A DNA stretch of 64,000 nucleotides from Lama glama (GCA_028534125.1 CM052817.1:66528001-66592000), one strand, 5' to 3'. Positions 11,930 through 25,785 are shown, counted from the first letter of the stretch. The notes: generated by a model from the sequence alone, not told the origin. A program made the numbers and translations.

Positions 11930-13140
11930 GTAGTGCAGTAGAGTTCTTTTTTTCTACACCAATTATGGAGTAAGAGAGAGTGCCCAGTGCATTCTGATAG
12001 GCTAGTGATCTGTCCAGAATCTGTGGTGTAGCCGAGGAAACACTTAACTGGTGGCTAGGAGAGCTGTTTTTATTCTTTACTGAGCAACTAACTTGACACA
12101 AGTTTCTCAGTCAGTTTTCTTGTTGATAAAATAGCTTCTCTATTCACATTTCAAGTACTCAGTTGCTTAGAGATACAGGAGATAAGGTACAAGACAACAC
12201 TTTGAGACCCAAATGAGCAACAAAGGGTCAGTCTCTCCCTCTAGCAATTCCCTTAAATGTAAAGAGTGTTTTGTCTGGAATAACCCACGTTCAGCTTCTG
12301 AATGGGGTATAATAAACCATCTAAAATCTTCCTTCTCTTCCTTATAGGGAAGAGAATTGAGGGGTCCGTCTTTCTCTATAAATATTGTACTCATGCTGTT
12401 CCCGCTCTTCTCCTCGTCATCTGTTTCCCTCTCCTGATAGAAAGTGTCCCCTTTCATCCTTGGGAAATCATACTCAAGAGCACTCCCAATTCTGTGTCAG
12501 CTCATGTACCCATCAGTGACAGCCAGGGAAGGAAATGATCTCAGTCAGTATCTCATACCATCTAATAATAGTCTACGGATTTAAGTCTTTGAAAAATGTT
12601 TGCTATACTTACTTAAATACCAAATTAAAATGGAGGGATCTAAAACTGAAGTGGAAACATACCAGGGACCCTCCCCACTCTCAGGGATTTTTTTGAAGAA
12701 TATTTGATGCATCAGATTCAGGAGATGGCCTCCATCTGTCCAGTCTCTTTCCATTCTAGAAAAATTGCTCATATGACTTCTTTTTTGATCACCTTGCTCA
12801 TGACGTAATCAGTCACATGACTTAAAATGTGATTTGCTCTCTGTAGATGTTCTCTTGTGCTATACCCAGAGCCTCCCGTACTGAGTTTGGCTGGTGTTGT
12901 GAGCTGGTGTGGCATCTTCACAATACTGGCCAAGATGCAGGCTTATTTCTAGTCACCATTCCATAGTCCCAAGGGTGTGGCCATGATCGTGATGGAGCAA
13001 GACAGCTGCTAAGACTTTTGCTGTCACACCTGTATTCCAAGCAGTGTGATGAAGCAAGGTGTGCTGGAACCAGTGCATATCGGATTGCAAGAGCCAGTTC
13101 TATGCATCTCTTCCCTACTTCATATTCAGTGATATTACCT

Positions 13141-13909
13141 TGTATATTACTGTTCTTGTGATACAGGAAAATGGAGCGTGAGAGGATGGCCATGTCACAG
13201 GTCCCAGGCATAAAGGTAGATTTATTCAGAGAGATACACACTCCATAGACAGAGCATGGGCTGTCTCCAGAGGTGAGAGAGAGCAACCCCGAGTGCTCCC
13301 ATTATTCCAACTACCTTGGGGAAGGAGCTGGGATACCCAGGAACTGGGTCACTATCCACTTTTGACCTTTTACAGTCAGCCTCAGAACTTCCCTGATGCC
13401 TGTGAGAGTGCCATTTACCATGCTAATACATTACATGAGCATATAATAATAATGATAACATAGTGAAGCTCAAGTTCTGCTGGAGTTTACTCTTCCGCCA
13501 TCTTGGTGCTAATGGCCGTGTCATTCTTTTAATGGTCATGCCCCTGCCTCCTACCCTCCTGTCTCACTTGGGCTGCCATAACAAAATGCCACAGACTGGG
13601 TAATTTCACACTTCTGGAAGCTGGAAGTCTAAGATCAGGGGGCCAGAAGTTGGTTTATGGTGAGACCTCTTTCCTGGGCTTGCAGATGGCCACCTGCTTG
13701 CTCTGTCTTCATGTGGCCTTTTCTCTATGTATATGCTCTCTGGTGACTCTTCTTCTTATAAAGACGCTGGGCCTATTAGATAAGGGCCCCATCATTATGA
13801 CTTCAGTTTAACCTTAATTACCTCTTAAAGGCCTTATCTTGTCTCCAGTTGGTCTGGAGGTTAAAGCTTCAACGTGTGAGTTTTAGGGGACACAGTTCTG
13901 TCCATGACA
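13141..13909 (-). mobile_element. MLT1B-like MaLR LTR interrupted by a younger LTR
   Basis: gggctgccataacaaaatgccacagactggg...ttaaccttaattacctc...gggacacagttctgtccatgaca follows the recalled MLT1B reverse consensus. Its first ~18 bp lie left of the nested insert. Confidence 0.85.
13159..13566 (-). mobile_element. Solo ERV1-class LTR (408 bp) nested in MLT1B
   Basis: Termini tgatacagg...cctgtctca form a TG..CA inverted end. 4-bp TSD cttg at 13155-13158 and 13567-13570. Antisense AATAAA near 13221. Confidence 0.85.
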
Positions 13910-16841
13910 CTTTAGTAGCTTGAAGTCAGCTAAGTGGTGTCTTTCTCTTCTGATGCAGTTCCACATCTTTACCTGATTTTTTTCGTTTGGGAAAATATGC
14001 TCTAAATTTACCTTCTTCCCTTTCCTTTCAGGGCAATAACTTGATATAGTCATTATTACTTTGTTTTCTAAAAACCTCACCTTCCTAATGGTGTCCACAG
14101 GTTTGTCTGTGATAAGGACTGTTTTGTGTTAGAGGAATTTGAAGTTCCTATAGTCCAAGTTTATGCCAAAACTTATGGAAATATATTTAATGGCTTTAAA
14201 CTAGAAGTATTAATTAATTTTTACCCAGAAGGAGGAGAGTACTCCTCTGGTACCTGCAACTCAGGCAGAAAACTATTTTACACAGCAGGGGGACAACCAA
14301 TTAAAAGTTGAAAGGAATGTAAAATGTAGCCACAAAGATAAAGAATCTCTTTATTAATTAAGAGACTATGTTCTGGGTAATGTAAACTATAACTTCTTAT
14401 TTCATTTAAAAAGCAAGAAAAATACTTCAGGATGTGCTAAATATTATGTAGAACATGCTCATAAAAATAACAACAGTTAAGAAATTTTTCTAAATGTAGT
14501 TCAAGAAGATAATTTTAACATATATTGTTAAACTTGATATTAATTTTTAGACGTGCCCAAGGTTTTAAAGCCACCAATATCTATTTAATAATAATGTTCT
14601 AATCAATGAGAGTTATGTTGATTTCAGTTCCCATGGAAACTTTAGGTGGGTTCAGGTAAGGATTACTGTGTTGTAAAGGGCCAAAATTGGTTGGTAAAGG
14701 AGCACAGTTTCTCAGGCACATGAAAATAGAAAGCAGAAAAACTCTAAAGTTAGTGTATTTGTGACATATATATTTTTATGGAAATAGTGACGATAGTTCT
14801 GGCTATTCAGAAATATCTTTGGATTATATTTTCCATAAATTACTTAAGTTTGTCCCTCACCTGAAAGGTTAGACCAATTAAATCCTGGAGACAGGAAGGG
14901 TTGACAAAGGTCCTTAATGGCCTAGAACTTGAGATTTGAAACTTAAATAGAGTTCCTTTTTAACCACTACTCTTCTGTAAGTGTACTTTATTGTGTATCT
15001 ACATCTGATGAGGGCAAGGTGTTCCATCTCTCTCTTCTATTTGAGTCTTTAAATTAATTGATTTTAATTTTTAATTGAAGCACTATAAAATGTAGACAGC
15101 ATAGTGACACAGTTAAAGTAAAACAATGCTCAAGCTGTACATAGTTCTGGTCATGAAAAATCCAATTCAATTATAAAGTTATTAAGGAGGGTCTCCCAAC
15201 CAGATGAATCCATAAGAGTCCTTCCTCATATGTAGGTAGAAACAATAATTAGGCCTTGATTTAATAAATGACATTTGATAGATACGAAAATATGCACAGT
15301 AAAGACGTTACTTCAAATGGCCACACTGGAGGATTACTCTGAAATCAACATCATTATCCGTAGAGCTAATGGTAAAATTTTGAGTCAACTTGTGATTCAA
15401 GATATCAGAAGTCAATCAGTTCATTCTCATGTTAAATTCTAATAAATCAGAATATTTTAAGTATCCTGTATCAGAGAACTACCAAGCAAATAGTCTCACT
15501 GTATATTTTTCATGATTCACCACCTGACATTCTTTCAGAAAGTTAACACCTCATTGTAAAGTTCTTAATCTCTTTTCTGATAAAATCAATATTTTCTTTA
15601 AAATCATCTCTATGAAATCAACTGAATTTGATTTCATTTCACTCCAGTAACTCCACACCCCCTTTATATACATACACAGCTGTAGTGATGAGGTGTGCAT
15701 TACAACATTCAGTGTTTTTAAAATTTCTCTTACTTTCTCTATTGCATGAATACTTACTTTTGGAATAGAGAACTTTTCTACATACATTTTCTTTATAATA
15801 CAGGTTAAGTAACTGATCAAGCAATATGAGAGGAGGAAATTCAACTTCTTGATCTAGTTAAAGTTAAGATTGTTGGCTTTGAATTTCTCTGAGCGCTATT
15901 ATCAGGGTTCTTTAACTTCTTCAGGAGATAAAGAAAAATTAATGCTTAAACATTAAGAACTTTTAATTATTAGAGTTTCATCAAGTGGCTTTTGGTCTTG
16001 TACTTAATGGCTTATTCCACACCCCAGATGTTTGGGTGACAGTTTTCCAGGAGAATTTGGGAAATAGCTCTGTGACAAAGAGTGAAAGATTTTCAAGTGT
16101 GTTCGGCAAATGAATTTAAAGAGCTAAGTTTTGCTTACTTTTGTTACAATAAAACCTAATAACTATTCCATTGAAGTGATTATTTAATGTCATTCTTTCC
16201 TGGAGAGCACTTTAATTCTGTTGGTAGTTTACAGCAGAGTTTACAACATGGTGTATCTGTCACTTTGAACAACTTGTTCACAAAAAGGCTTTAGATGAAT
16301 GGATGGTGCAAATAGTACTTAAACAGAGGAGCATGAAACATTGCCTTCCCAAAGGTTTTTCATTGTAATCAGCTGAATAAAAGTTCTGCAGTTTCAATCA
16401 ACTCAACTCCTTTTTCCAAACAATTTTGAGAAACTTCCATGTAATTAATGGGAGCTTTCTTCCTCAGATTAATAGTAAATATCTAACTTTTAATGAATGA
16501 CTTTATTGTTCTAAATTCTAAAGCATTGCATAGAGGTGATAAAAGATTACTTCAAAAAAAGGAAGGTAAAAGTTAGGGGGAAAGATTTAGTGCTTTGCTT
16601 TCATTATAATTGTAGCATATGTTTTTATCTTTTAAGTTTTTTTTTAAGCAATTAAGTCCAAAATTATACATCCAATTTTTGGTTTCTAACTACTAAGGAT
16701 AAAAAAGAAAACAATTCAGTGCTAGAAGTTAGTTAAAATTGTTACAAACCTTAAAGCCTGCCTTCATATTCTCTAAGAGATATAATAATGTGATACGTGC
16801 ATTATATACTCAGCTCCTAACTATCCTTTGTGTTTTATAAG

Positions 16842-16981
16842 ATTTTCCTGCTGGCTCTGTCAATGTCAGTGTCTACTGTGATGGAATCATTAAGGCCACA
16901 ACAGAGATTAAATACTATACAACAGCAAAGGCTATGAAATGCCTATTGGAAGTGGCAGGTCCAGCAGATGGTGTGTGCCAG
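16842..16981 (+). CDS. BANK1: BANK1 coding exon (exon 5 equivalent), DBB domain, 140 nt, phase 1 to 0
   Basis: Acceptor tgttttataag|AT, donor CAG|gtaagt. Translates (D)FPAGSVNVSVYCDGIIKATTEIKYYTTAKAMKCLLEVAGPADGVCQ, versus human EFPAGSVHVNVYCDGIVKATTKIKYY. Absent from the ORF track; found by reading the sequence. Confidence 0.96.
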
Positions 16982-17934
16982 GTAAGTTGATGTTTCCATG
17001 AAACTGATAATAAGCTAAAGAGCTAATGTGGGATAAACTAATGCTTACTTTGATTTAAAGTCTGAATGTTGCTTGAATAAGAATGAATTACTGATCAATA
17101 GGAAAAAAAGAAACTGACCTCCATGGTGCAGAGATGTAGATGAATTAGCTTGCTTAAGTCTAGTCTTTCCAGATAATGTCACTGAGAGACAGATTATCCA
17201 TTACAAAAAAGCTGTTGTGATAAGTTCATTTTAAAGCTGTCACCGACCAGATAAAGAAAGACAGAAGGATTAAAGAGAACTCTTAAAACATGAATTTCCT
17301 CTTTGCCCAGATGTGGGCAAAACAAGATAAAAGAAGCTTTCAGGTTAAGGAATCAGACAAACCAAGAATACCACCAAAAAGGAAGTGTGTGGTGTTAATC
17401 TAGAAATTGTTATTTCCATGAGGAAATTTCCAAGCTCAGTGTATGTTTTTCTTAGTTTCATTTATCACTGTTGTCTGATAGTGAAAGTTACTGCTTTAAA
17501 TGAACACTGTATATTGAAATTCCAGAAATACTGAACTTTTCTGGGAACTAGGCAAAGAGACATTTTCAAGCCCCAGGTTGTTTCTCTAGTGTAACAAAGT
17601 ATTACTCAGCAATGGTGACTTGGTGCGGAGTTTCTCTTCCTCTCTAAGGCCCTTGATTGAGACATTTTCCAGTAACAAGTAAGTACTGTGAGTGCCTTGC
17701 CCTCATTGACTTAGAATATAACAATTATATTTGGATTAATCTTAAGCCATTAGTTTAATTTCTACATTTGGCTTTATTTTGTTGTTGCCTGACCCACTTT
17801 CAGTAGAGAGAAAGCTTGCTTACTGTGGAACTTTGATCGTTTCTGTGCTTCTTCCATCAAATTTTCAGAGTGAGATAAATTCCTTTCTTTTCATAGCTAC
17901 TTGATAATTAGAATTTTAACCTTGCTTAATTGCC

Positions 17935-17960
<26 letters not shown>
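17935..17960. repeat. Poly(T)26 tract
   Basis: Read directly. Confidence 0.95.
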
Positions 17961-17965
<5 letters not shown>

Positions 17966-20900
17966 CCAGGGAGGGAGAGAGTAGAATAGAGGCTAAGAGA
18001 GAGAGAGTTGAATTGGACATTGGGTCTTCAGATTACCACAAAGCACTCCGTAAGACTTGTAACAAAACTGTCAGTGATGGTGATGGTGACAGGCTGTCCT
18101 AAAGCCTTATATACATTTGAACTAGTTTGGAATTTGAGGCTTTGTTATTTATTTTGTGTGACATATTTTTCTGTTAGGGTTCTCCTTTATGAATGACATA
18201 TTTTAGAACAGTGGAAAAGGTAAAATGTCTTAGGGAAGGACAGGAAGTAAAATACCATTTATCAATCTGGAGAGTCAGGACATTCAGTAAAACGTCTATA
18301 TTGTAATTGCAAAGCAACAACAAAAGTAATAGCTTGAAATACAGATAGTTTCGTTTCCCTGTGTCATATCTACCTTACCCTCTACTTTAAAAAATCTTTA
18401 ATCATTACAAAAAGACTAATAAAGGTGATGTATTGCATTTTGGTATTCAGTTAGCATAGAAGTGAAGTGGTCCCCCAGACACATTTTTGTGTTGTTAAGC
18501 CTTTGGGGAAGAAAAAAAACCCTTGTGTATATAGTAAAACTTAAATGTAATTAATGATTCTTGGACAGTTTTTCTAAATGTTGTGATATCCAAGCCATGA
18601 TTTCTTCTACAGCTTTGAATGAATAAAAGTAGTGGGGGTTTTTTTGCACAATTTTTAGGTAACTAGAAAATGCTTTGTTTCATTTTTGTCCTCAGTGTCA
18701 GAAATGAGAGATAAGAAAGGGTTTCTCCCCTCTGCCAAGCCCTGGTGACCAGTGAAAGGAAGGATGTTGAACAGTGACAGCTTGATTCAGGCTTTTACTC
18801 TCAGAAACAAGCCACTTTAAACCTGAGATTTGAATACTGAGAGGTAGACTTATTTAAGCTGGTGACAGCAGACCACAGCTTGACAAGAGACACTAAGAGA
18901 TTAGGGTTAATATATACAGTGTAAGATAGGTTTAGAGGTTTTGCTGCAGTCAGGAGGGAACCTAGATGTGCTCTGGAGTTAGATCAAACAAATTCCAAGA
19001 CTGAGATCTCAGACCAGACCGAGCTACACCATCACAACCCTGACAGAGGGAAGGTGCAATTCAGTCTCCATCACATCTTGGACTAGGTGTGACATGGGGC
19101 TCTCACCCAGTGGCATCTGGACCCCATGCGTTATCCCGGCCATGAATTCACCGAGATGGTGAAATTCAAACTCCACCCTTGATGACAAAGAAGGAACTGC
19201 AGGGACACCAAGGAACCTTGGTGTGTTTTAGGGTTACATGGTCTTGAAGGAGGTGCGCCAGCCCACTCTGTGCTTATTATCCTTGCTGGCATTTGGTTGT
19301 TCCTTACGACATTAGGCTTTTGGCTCATGGAGATTATATTTTAAAAGTTGCGTAATAAGCTGTGCTTTTCCTCTCCAGCATACAACATTACAGTAATTGT
19401 TTCTTTTATGTGCTGCTCTGCCACTTCAATTGGGAGATTTGAGTATTTCACAGATAGTCCACTGAACATCTCTTTTCAAGGAACAGCATACATTGTAATT
19501 TTATTCACCATAGTTACTGTGTATTTGTAAGAACATATACCAGCAGACTTCACAGGTTTTTTTTGTTTGGTTTTGTTTTGTTTTTTTAATAGTCTATCTA
19601 CTCCACTGAAACGGTATACTCTAAGAGCTGTCCTGAGTTTTCCTGTAAATTTTAATGGCAGGTGTGATCTAAGTAATCCTTAAAATCGGTAATAAGATAC
19701 TTTCTTTAATCACTTAAAAGCTATTGGACATATAATAACATGAACATTCTGTAAATTTGAGGAAAGGAATAATAATAAGGAATCTGTGAGTTTTTTTTTT
19801 AATAATCCTCAAATTTGTAGTAAGAGACTTTCTAGTATCATTTAAAAGCTATCGGGCATACAGCACAATGGCTATTCTGTGAATTTGAGAAAATAAACGA
19901 TAATGAGAAATTTGGTTTTCTTAGTTTATTTTTAATGATCTCCATTAGGTTTTGTAGAATAGTTTACCTAAACCAGCTTAATTATCTGCTTCCTAAATCA
20001 TTTCGCCTTTTTTGAATAGGTGCTAAATCCCAGGACATACCCTCATAAAGGTACAGTTTCCAGAGCATCACCTAAAACAGTGACTTGAAGAGCAATTCAG
20101 ATGAAAAATCCAAAGCCCAATTTGGGAAGATAATTAGAATTCAGGTACTAGTGTTAGAAAAACTAGTAATTCCTATTTAACTGAGATCATTAAAACCTTT
20201 AAGACTTCCATCTTACTTACAAGTGTCTAGGGGCAACGATAAAGTTAACTTTGTATAAGAACAACCAGACACAATATAAAAACCAGATTTGCTCCAAATG
20301 CTAAAAGAACATAGCAATTATGATCAAAACATTAGGGTCCTATTTATTAAAAGAGTTTTTGAAATGGGACCAAATAATTTTTATTAATTGTATTTCTTAA
20401 TGGTAAAAAGGTATCTTTGTGTTGCATGTACTTTTCATCCTACATGTTTTACTTTATACCTGTTGAAATCTTACATTCATCTTCATGTTAGGTGCTCTTT
20501 ATTTCCAGTTTTTCTTGAATTGTTATATTACTCAATCTTTGGTGTACTGCCTGCAAAATTTAATGCTGTGTGAAGCCAGATGGGGTTGGGGCGAGGGGAG
20601 ATATGGACTGAGGGAACTCATATCATGAGGAATTTCCCATAAAGGCTGGTTTCTTCATGAAATTGGAACTCGAGCTCTAGCAGTTGTCTCCCTTAAAAGT
20701 TCTCAGGGGCTTCTCCCTTTCTGAGAGATACTGGGAACTCCCAGGCCTTCCAGTAATTTTTTTTTTTTTAGGTCCTTCTCACCCTCAAACGACTAATGGA
20801 CATTTCCCTTCCTCTTTTCATCAGCTCCTATTGAAAAGAGGTACAAATGTACCTGGTTTCTAAACTATACTTCACCATAACGCCAGTGTTACCTAAGACA

Positions 20901-23359
20901 GACTCTTGCTACAAACTTCCAGTGCTCACAGGGTAAGGTCCAAACTCCTGTGAATGACACACAACGCTTAAGGGTCACAAACTGTTTCCGACATCAGCTC
21001 CTGCTACAGCTTGCCTCCTTGTCTTCTCAGCTCTCTCCGTGGCTCCTGTGTTCCAGCCTCGGGATTGCTCCCTCTTCTAGAACATTGTGCCAGTTCCTCC
21101 CACTGCCCCTTCTTTAAGGCATGGGCACTGTGTTCTTTATCTTTGCATGCACAGTGACTTCACACAACTGGTTCCTGACACATGCAACACAACTGACGCT
21201 TATTATTTTAAAAATGGGTAAACATAATGATTACTTCTTTCTAGTGCTATTTGAAAAAAAAGTAAAAAAAGTATAGTATATGCATATAAATAAGATAGAG
21301 AAATGAAAACTGCCCTTTTAAACTACACATTTATTTATAAAACTATAGAAATGAATCTGATGCTTATAAAAGTAAAGAACTCTCAGAGGCCCATAATACT
21401 AGAAAAGTGAAGAATTTGTGCTTCTGAACTTTTCTTCATGTCCTACTTAGGCATGAACTCCATGTTAACATACTTCATTACTGACTTTTAACAGCTGTAA
21501 AATTCCAGATTTCAGTCTTACCTTTCTTTCGAATGTTAAAGAAATATTTACCACTCAAAAATGACTAACATCTTACCTCTCTTTCAAAAGGCTGCACAAT
21601 ATCTTTCATTTTGCTTCCTGGAAAGTGTCAGTGTGGCATAAGAGAAATAGCTCTGGCCAGGACAGGAGCAGGAGTTAGATTATTTGACTGAATCAGCAAT
21701 CACTTACTTCATGAGAGCTCATTTTCCTTAATGCTAGAGGAATTTCCTCATGTGAACAATGAAAAAGCTAGAGTATATGACTTTCAAGGTCATTTCTAAC
21801 TCAAATATTTCATAATTGTATGCCAAGAAAAAATACTTACTTAGGTTGGGAATTAAGACTGTTCTTCGTTAAAGAGGATTGACTTGCAAATGCATGGGCT
21901 CTCCATGTAGCCCTTATTTCCATTTTATTTGCATTTATTCTTAGCCCCCCTCTTCCCTAGAGAAGAACGAAGTGATTTTGAGCTTCCTGTGTCTTTGATC
22001 CGTTTTATTACTTGTTCTATATTTCTGATGAAAGACTTGTAATCAGAGAAAGAACAGTCAAGTAAAATGCAATTTGGAGATTGATTTTTGGAGATTTTGC
22101 AATTTGGAGATTCATTTATTTGGGGATTTATGTTTGTACTCCTTGTTAGAATGGACCAATAAGAATAAGGCATATCTATTGAACTTTGTATTTTACTGAT
22201 AAAATAAGCAACACTTCCTTTGTGCTGTATCTCCACCTGTCATAGTGTTGAAGCAAAGGTTAGTGATGCCTGATGAGGGTGGTTCAGACTTAATGCTTAT
22301 ACTCACCTCAGTTACAAATCATTGAATCAAACAGGAACGTAATCCCACTTAGTACACCCATCCACTTATTCAGAGAAAAACAGATAAATTAGTAAACTTT
22401 AATGGCAGATACAGCAGCTGTTTTAAGAAAAAAAAAACTTCTGAGTGCAGGTACTTAGCCATTAACACAACTATATTGTTGTTTCTCTACAATTCTTTAT
22501 CTTGTAAACCGTCTCAGTCCATTTTCCTGGTTACTGGTCCCATCTGTTTCAGCTTATGTTTAGCTACTGTTCAGAACATATTTTATTAATGACTTCTTAA
22601 TCTTTAGTTTTTGCTCACTTGGTGGAAATAAATACTTCCTTCGATTTTTATTTCTTCCATCCTAAAGCTTCTCTCTTGCTTCTTACATCCCCTCTCTTCC
22701 TGTCACTGGGACTGGTTTCGACTGACCTTTTCAGAGGATGTCTGTGTGCTGGTGTGAGTGCTGTCTGTAACTAACCCCACCCAAGTACAGCTGTCTGCTC
22801 TTTTACTGTCTGGTTCTTTAGAAGGTTCAGATCTTCAACTGTAAGGAACATTTTTAAGCAATCCAGAAAAACAGAGCACAAGTCAAACACAGTTATCAAT
22901 GTTCCTTCATCGCTTGTATTCATAACGAGATAATTAGAGGAAATTAGAGAACCTGGCTCTGATAGGAACAAACCCCAAGTCATCAATAACCCTTTGAAAA
23001 TTAGAGGACAAAAAACCTTGTGGCAAAAATATGTTTGTTTGAATTCTCTTAAAGTCATTATGCATTCTTGTGGGTCTCTTTACTGATAATGTTTATAGTA
23101 TCAGCAATAAGATAAAGAAATAAAGTGAAATATAATTTGGGAAGTCTAAATTTTGTTAGCATGCATGAAACATGCTGCTACACTAAACAGTATCAAGACA
23201 CAGGAAATGAAATAAGAGAAATCTTTGACAAAGAAAATTCAGCTTCTAGGAATTTATTATTTTTTTCCCAGAGGTCAGCCATTTAGTCTTATCAATCTTA
23301 TTAAGTAGCAACACATAGACAAATATATGTCAGTTATGCTCAAGTGCCTCCCAACAAAT

Positions 23360-24566
23360 CTGATGATCATTTGTTCATTCAGTTTAACTTGACCTTTCAG
23401 CAGCCATTAACACCGTTGACCAAACTCACTTTCTTGACATAAATGTTTTCCTTAGCTTCCAGGAAGACACATGTACCTGGTTTTCTTCTTACATCCTTTG
23501 CATTTCTTTGTCAGTATCCTTGGCAATCTCTTCTTTCTAGATCTAGAAAATAAAGTTTCAAATAAGTCAAATTTTGATGTTGAGGCACCCTTTTTTTTGG
23601 GGGGGGGATAAATACTCCCTCTGCAGGTTATCTCATTAAGGTAGGAGATACACTCTAAATGTGGATTTCCTTTAAGCCCATCTTTCACTGTTCTCTGACT
23701 CAGGAAATGACATTTCATCAGTCTAGTTTAAAAGCCAGAAACCTAAGAGCCTTCCCAATACCTTGTACTCTCTTGCCCGACAGGTTCTATCCATTACTAA
23801 GCCGTAGCAGTTTTACTTGTCGAACATTGCTCACTCATCTCCCCATCTCTCCAGTTCTAACACTTTAGTCCACTGCTTTTCCTCTTGCCTGCACGGCTAA
23901 GATAGCCTCCTACCTGGCCCCCTACCATCTGTTCCTGCGCACATCTTCTTTATCTCAAGTCCCTGGTTTGTGAGGTTCTTTAGAAACAAAGACCTCAGAT
24001 GTAATTCTCCTGCTCAAACACTTCAATAGATTCCAGTCATTGTATGGATTAAAAAAATCTTTAACATGAATATGGCCTCGCAGACACTGTCCCTCTCTGT
24101 TTCCAGCTTGATCTTTGTCCTCTTCCTCACCTCTGCATTTCAGAAACACTGGTCTGCTTTTAGTTCCTGAACCTCGAGTCCTAATCTCCTGCCACAGTGC
24201 CTGCCTTTCTATATACTCCTCTGTCTTGAACACTCTTCCCGTCCACCTTCTTTATCATTGTCTTCACCTGTTAAGTCTAATTCATCCTGCAATTGTTAGT
24301 CCAGCATCTCTTCCTCAGTGGAGCCTTCCCTGATCCATACATCTCCCTGTATATCTCTTTGCAATACTAATTGGATTCTAATTTGACATCTATGTGTGTG
24401 ATATTTCTCAAATTACCCCTCATTATCTACTTCTCATTATCTCCCTCTCATTAGACTCCAAGGTCAGTAAGGGCAGAGATGCTATGTGGTTCCCTGTTTC
24501 ATCTCCAGAACCAACTACACTGTAGACACATGGATGCTCAATACATATTTTGTTGAGTGAAAGAAT
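23360..24566 (+). mobile_element. LINE-2 3' fragment
   Basis: Pyrimidine-rich decayed L2 body ending aagggcagagat...gctcaatacatattttgttgagtgaaagaat, an L2-type terminus. Confidence 0.75.
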
Positions 24567-25291
24567 CTGATACATTAAGTTTCCCACCCAACGTCAAGTG
24601 ACCCATCCATCTGAGCCCCTTGTTCCCACAGTCACTGGCTTCCTATCGCTCAGGCACAGCCCTTTTTAAGAAGGTTATTGGATTCTTGACTAAGTAGTGC
24701 TGCTTTTGACTGAAGTTGAAAGCGCAGGGCAAAGAAGGGAAGGACCTCAAAGGAAAAAAATCAAATGAACATAAAACGAAGAGACTAAGTCTATCATTTA
24801 GCTTGGAAACTAGCATCTAAAGCAACCCAAAACAGTAATTCCCAAAATGTGGGGGGAAATCATGGCATCAGTTAGAGAAGGTTTTTTTTGAAAGACATTC
24901 CTTTGAATATGTTAGTGCAATATTTGTTTCAAAACTGCCTTATTTTACTACATATTTAACAGTAAGTTGTTACAAAATGATTGCCAAAGGGACGTAAAAG
25001 TGAGAAAAGACATGGTTCTTATGATTGCTCTATCTAATGCTGACACTAGAAAAGCTTAGTTTATTTGTTTGCCTGTTTATTAATGTCATATCTCCATTGA
25101 TTTATCTGTTCAAGTTTGGTCAAAGTAAAGTTTTGAGGATTTTTGACATTATCTGAAGGGGGGGTTAAGTTGAAAAATTCAGCACAATCAAGCTTCAATC
25201 AATGGTCTAGAAGACAGTTTCCCTTTTTTCTAATTTTTGTCAGATTGCCTTTACATAATCATGATGTTTATGCATTTTTCATGACTGATGG

Positions 25292-25785
25292 AGATGGCAG
25301 AGACTGCTAGCTTTCCCCCAGTATTTCCTTTCCCTTTCTTACACAGTAATACAACTTTTATCTGGGCACATGACCACCGGGTAACTACTATACTTCCTGA
25401 CTCCCTTGCCGCTAGGCATAGCCATGTAACTAACTAATGGCTAATGGCTAATGGCATGTCAGTGGAAATGATATGTACAAATTTCTGATCATGGCCTCTC
25501 TTAAAAGAAGGGTAGAGTCATGCTCTCCCCCTCACTGACTTTTTCCTTTGACTGGCTGCAGTGCTTAGAAGGGACTGATAGGTAAGCCAACAAGAACCAT
25601 GAAAATGATGTACAGGAGTGAAACAAAATAGAGCCAGATTTCCTAGTCAGGGAGTCAGAACATCAGCCCTGGACTGCCTAATCCCAGAGTTTTATGTTAA
25701 AGAGAAGTGGGCTTCTATTTTGTTTAAGCCACTGGCATTTTGGATATCTGTATTATAATATAAAACCTACATTCTAGTTAATTTT
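25292..25785 (+). mobile_element. MLT1J-like MaLR LTR
   Basis: tggcagagactgctag...ctgggcacat...ctcccttgccgctaggcatagccatgtaact...gccctggactgcc...ttgtttaagccactg. Confidence 0.7.

Noticed and set aside
18740..19040. Possible ancient LTR ending catcaca
   Set aside because: I could not define both termini, a TSD or a family.
22068..22112. 15-bp repeat tgcaatttggagatt at 30-bp spacing (also an 11-mer x2 at 57004-57025 and ctaatgg x3 near 25434)
   Set aside because: Only 2-3 short copies; ordinary slippage duplications, not arrays.
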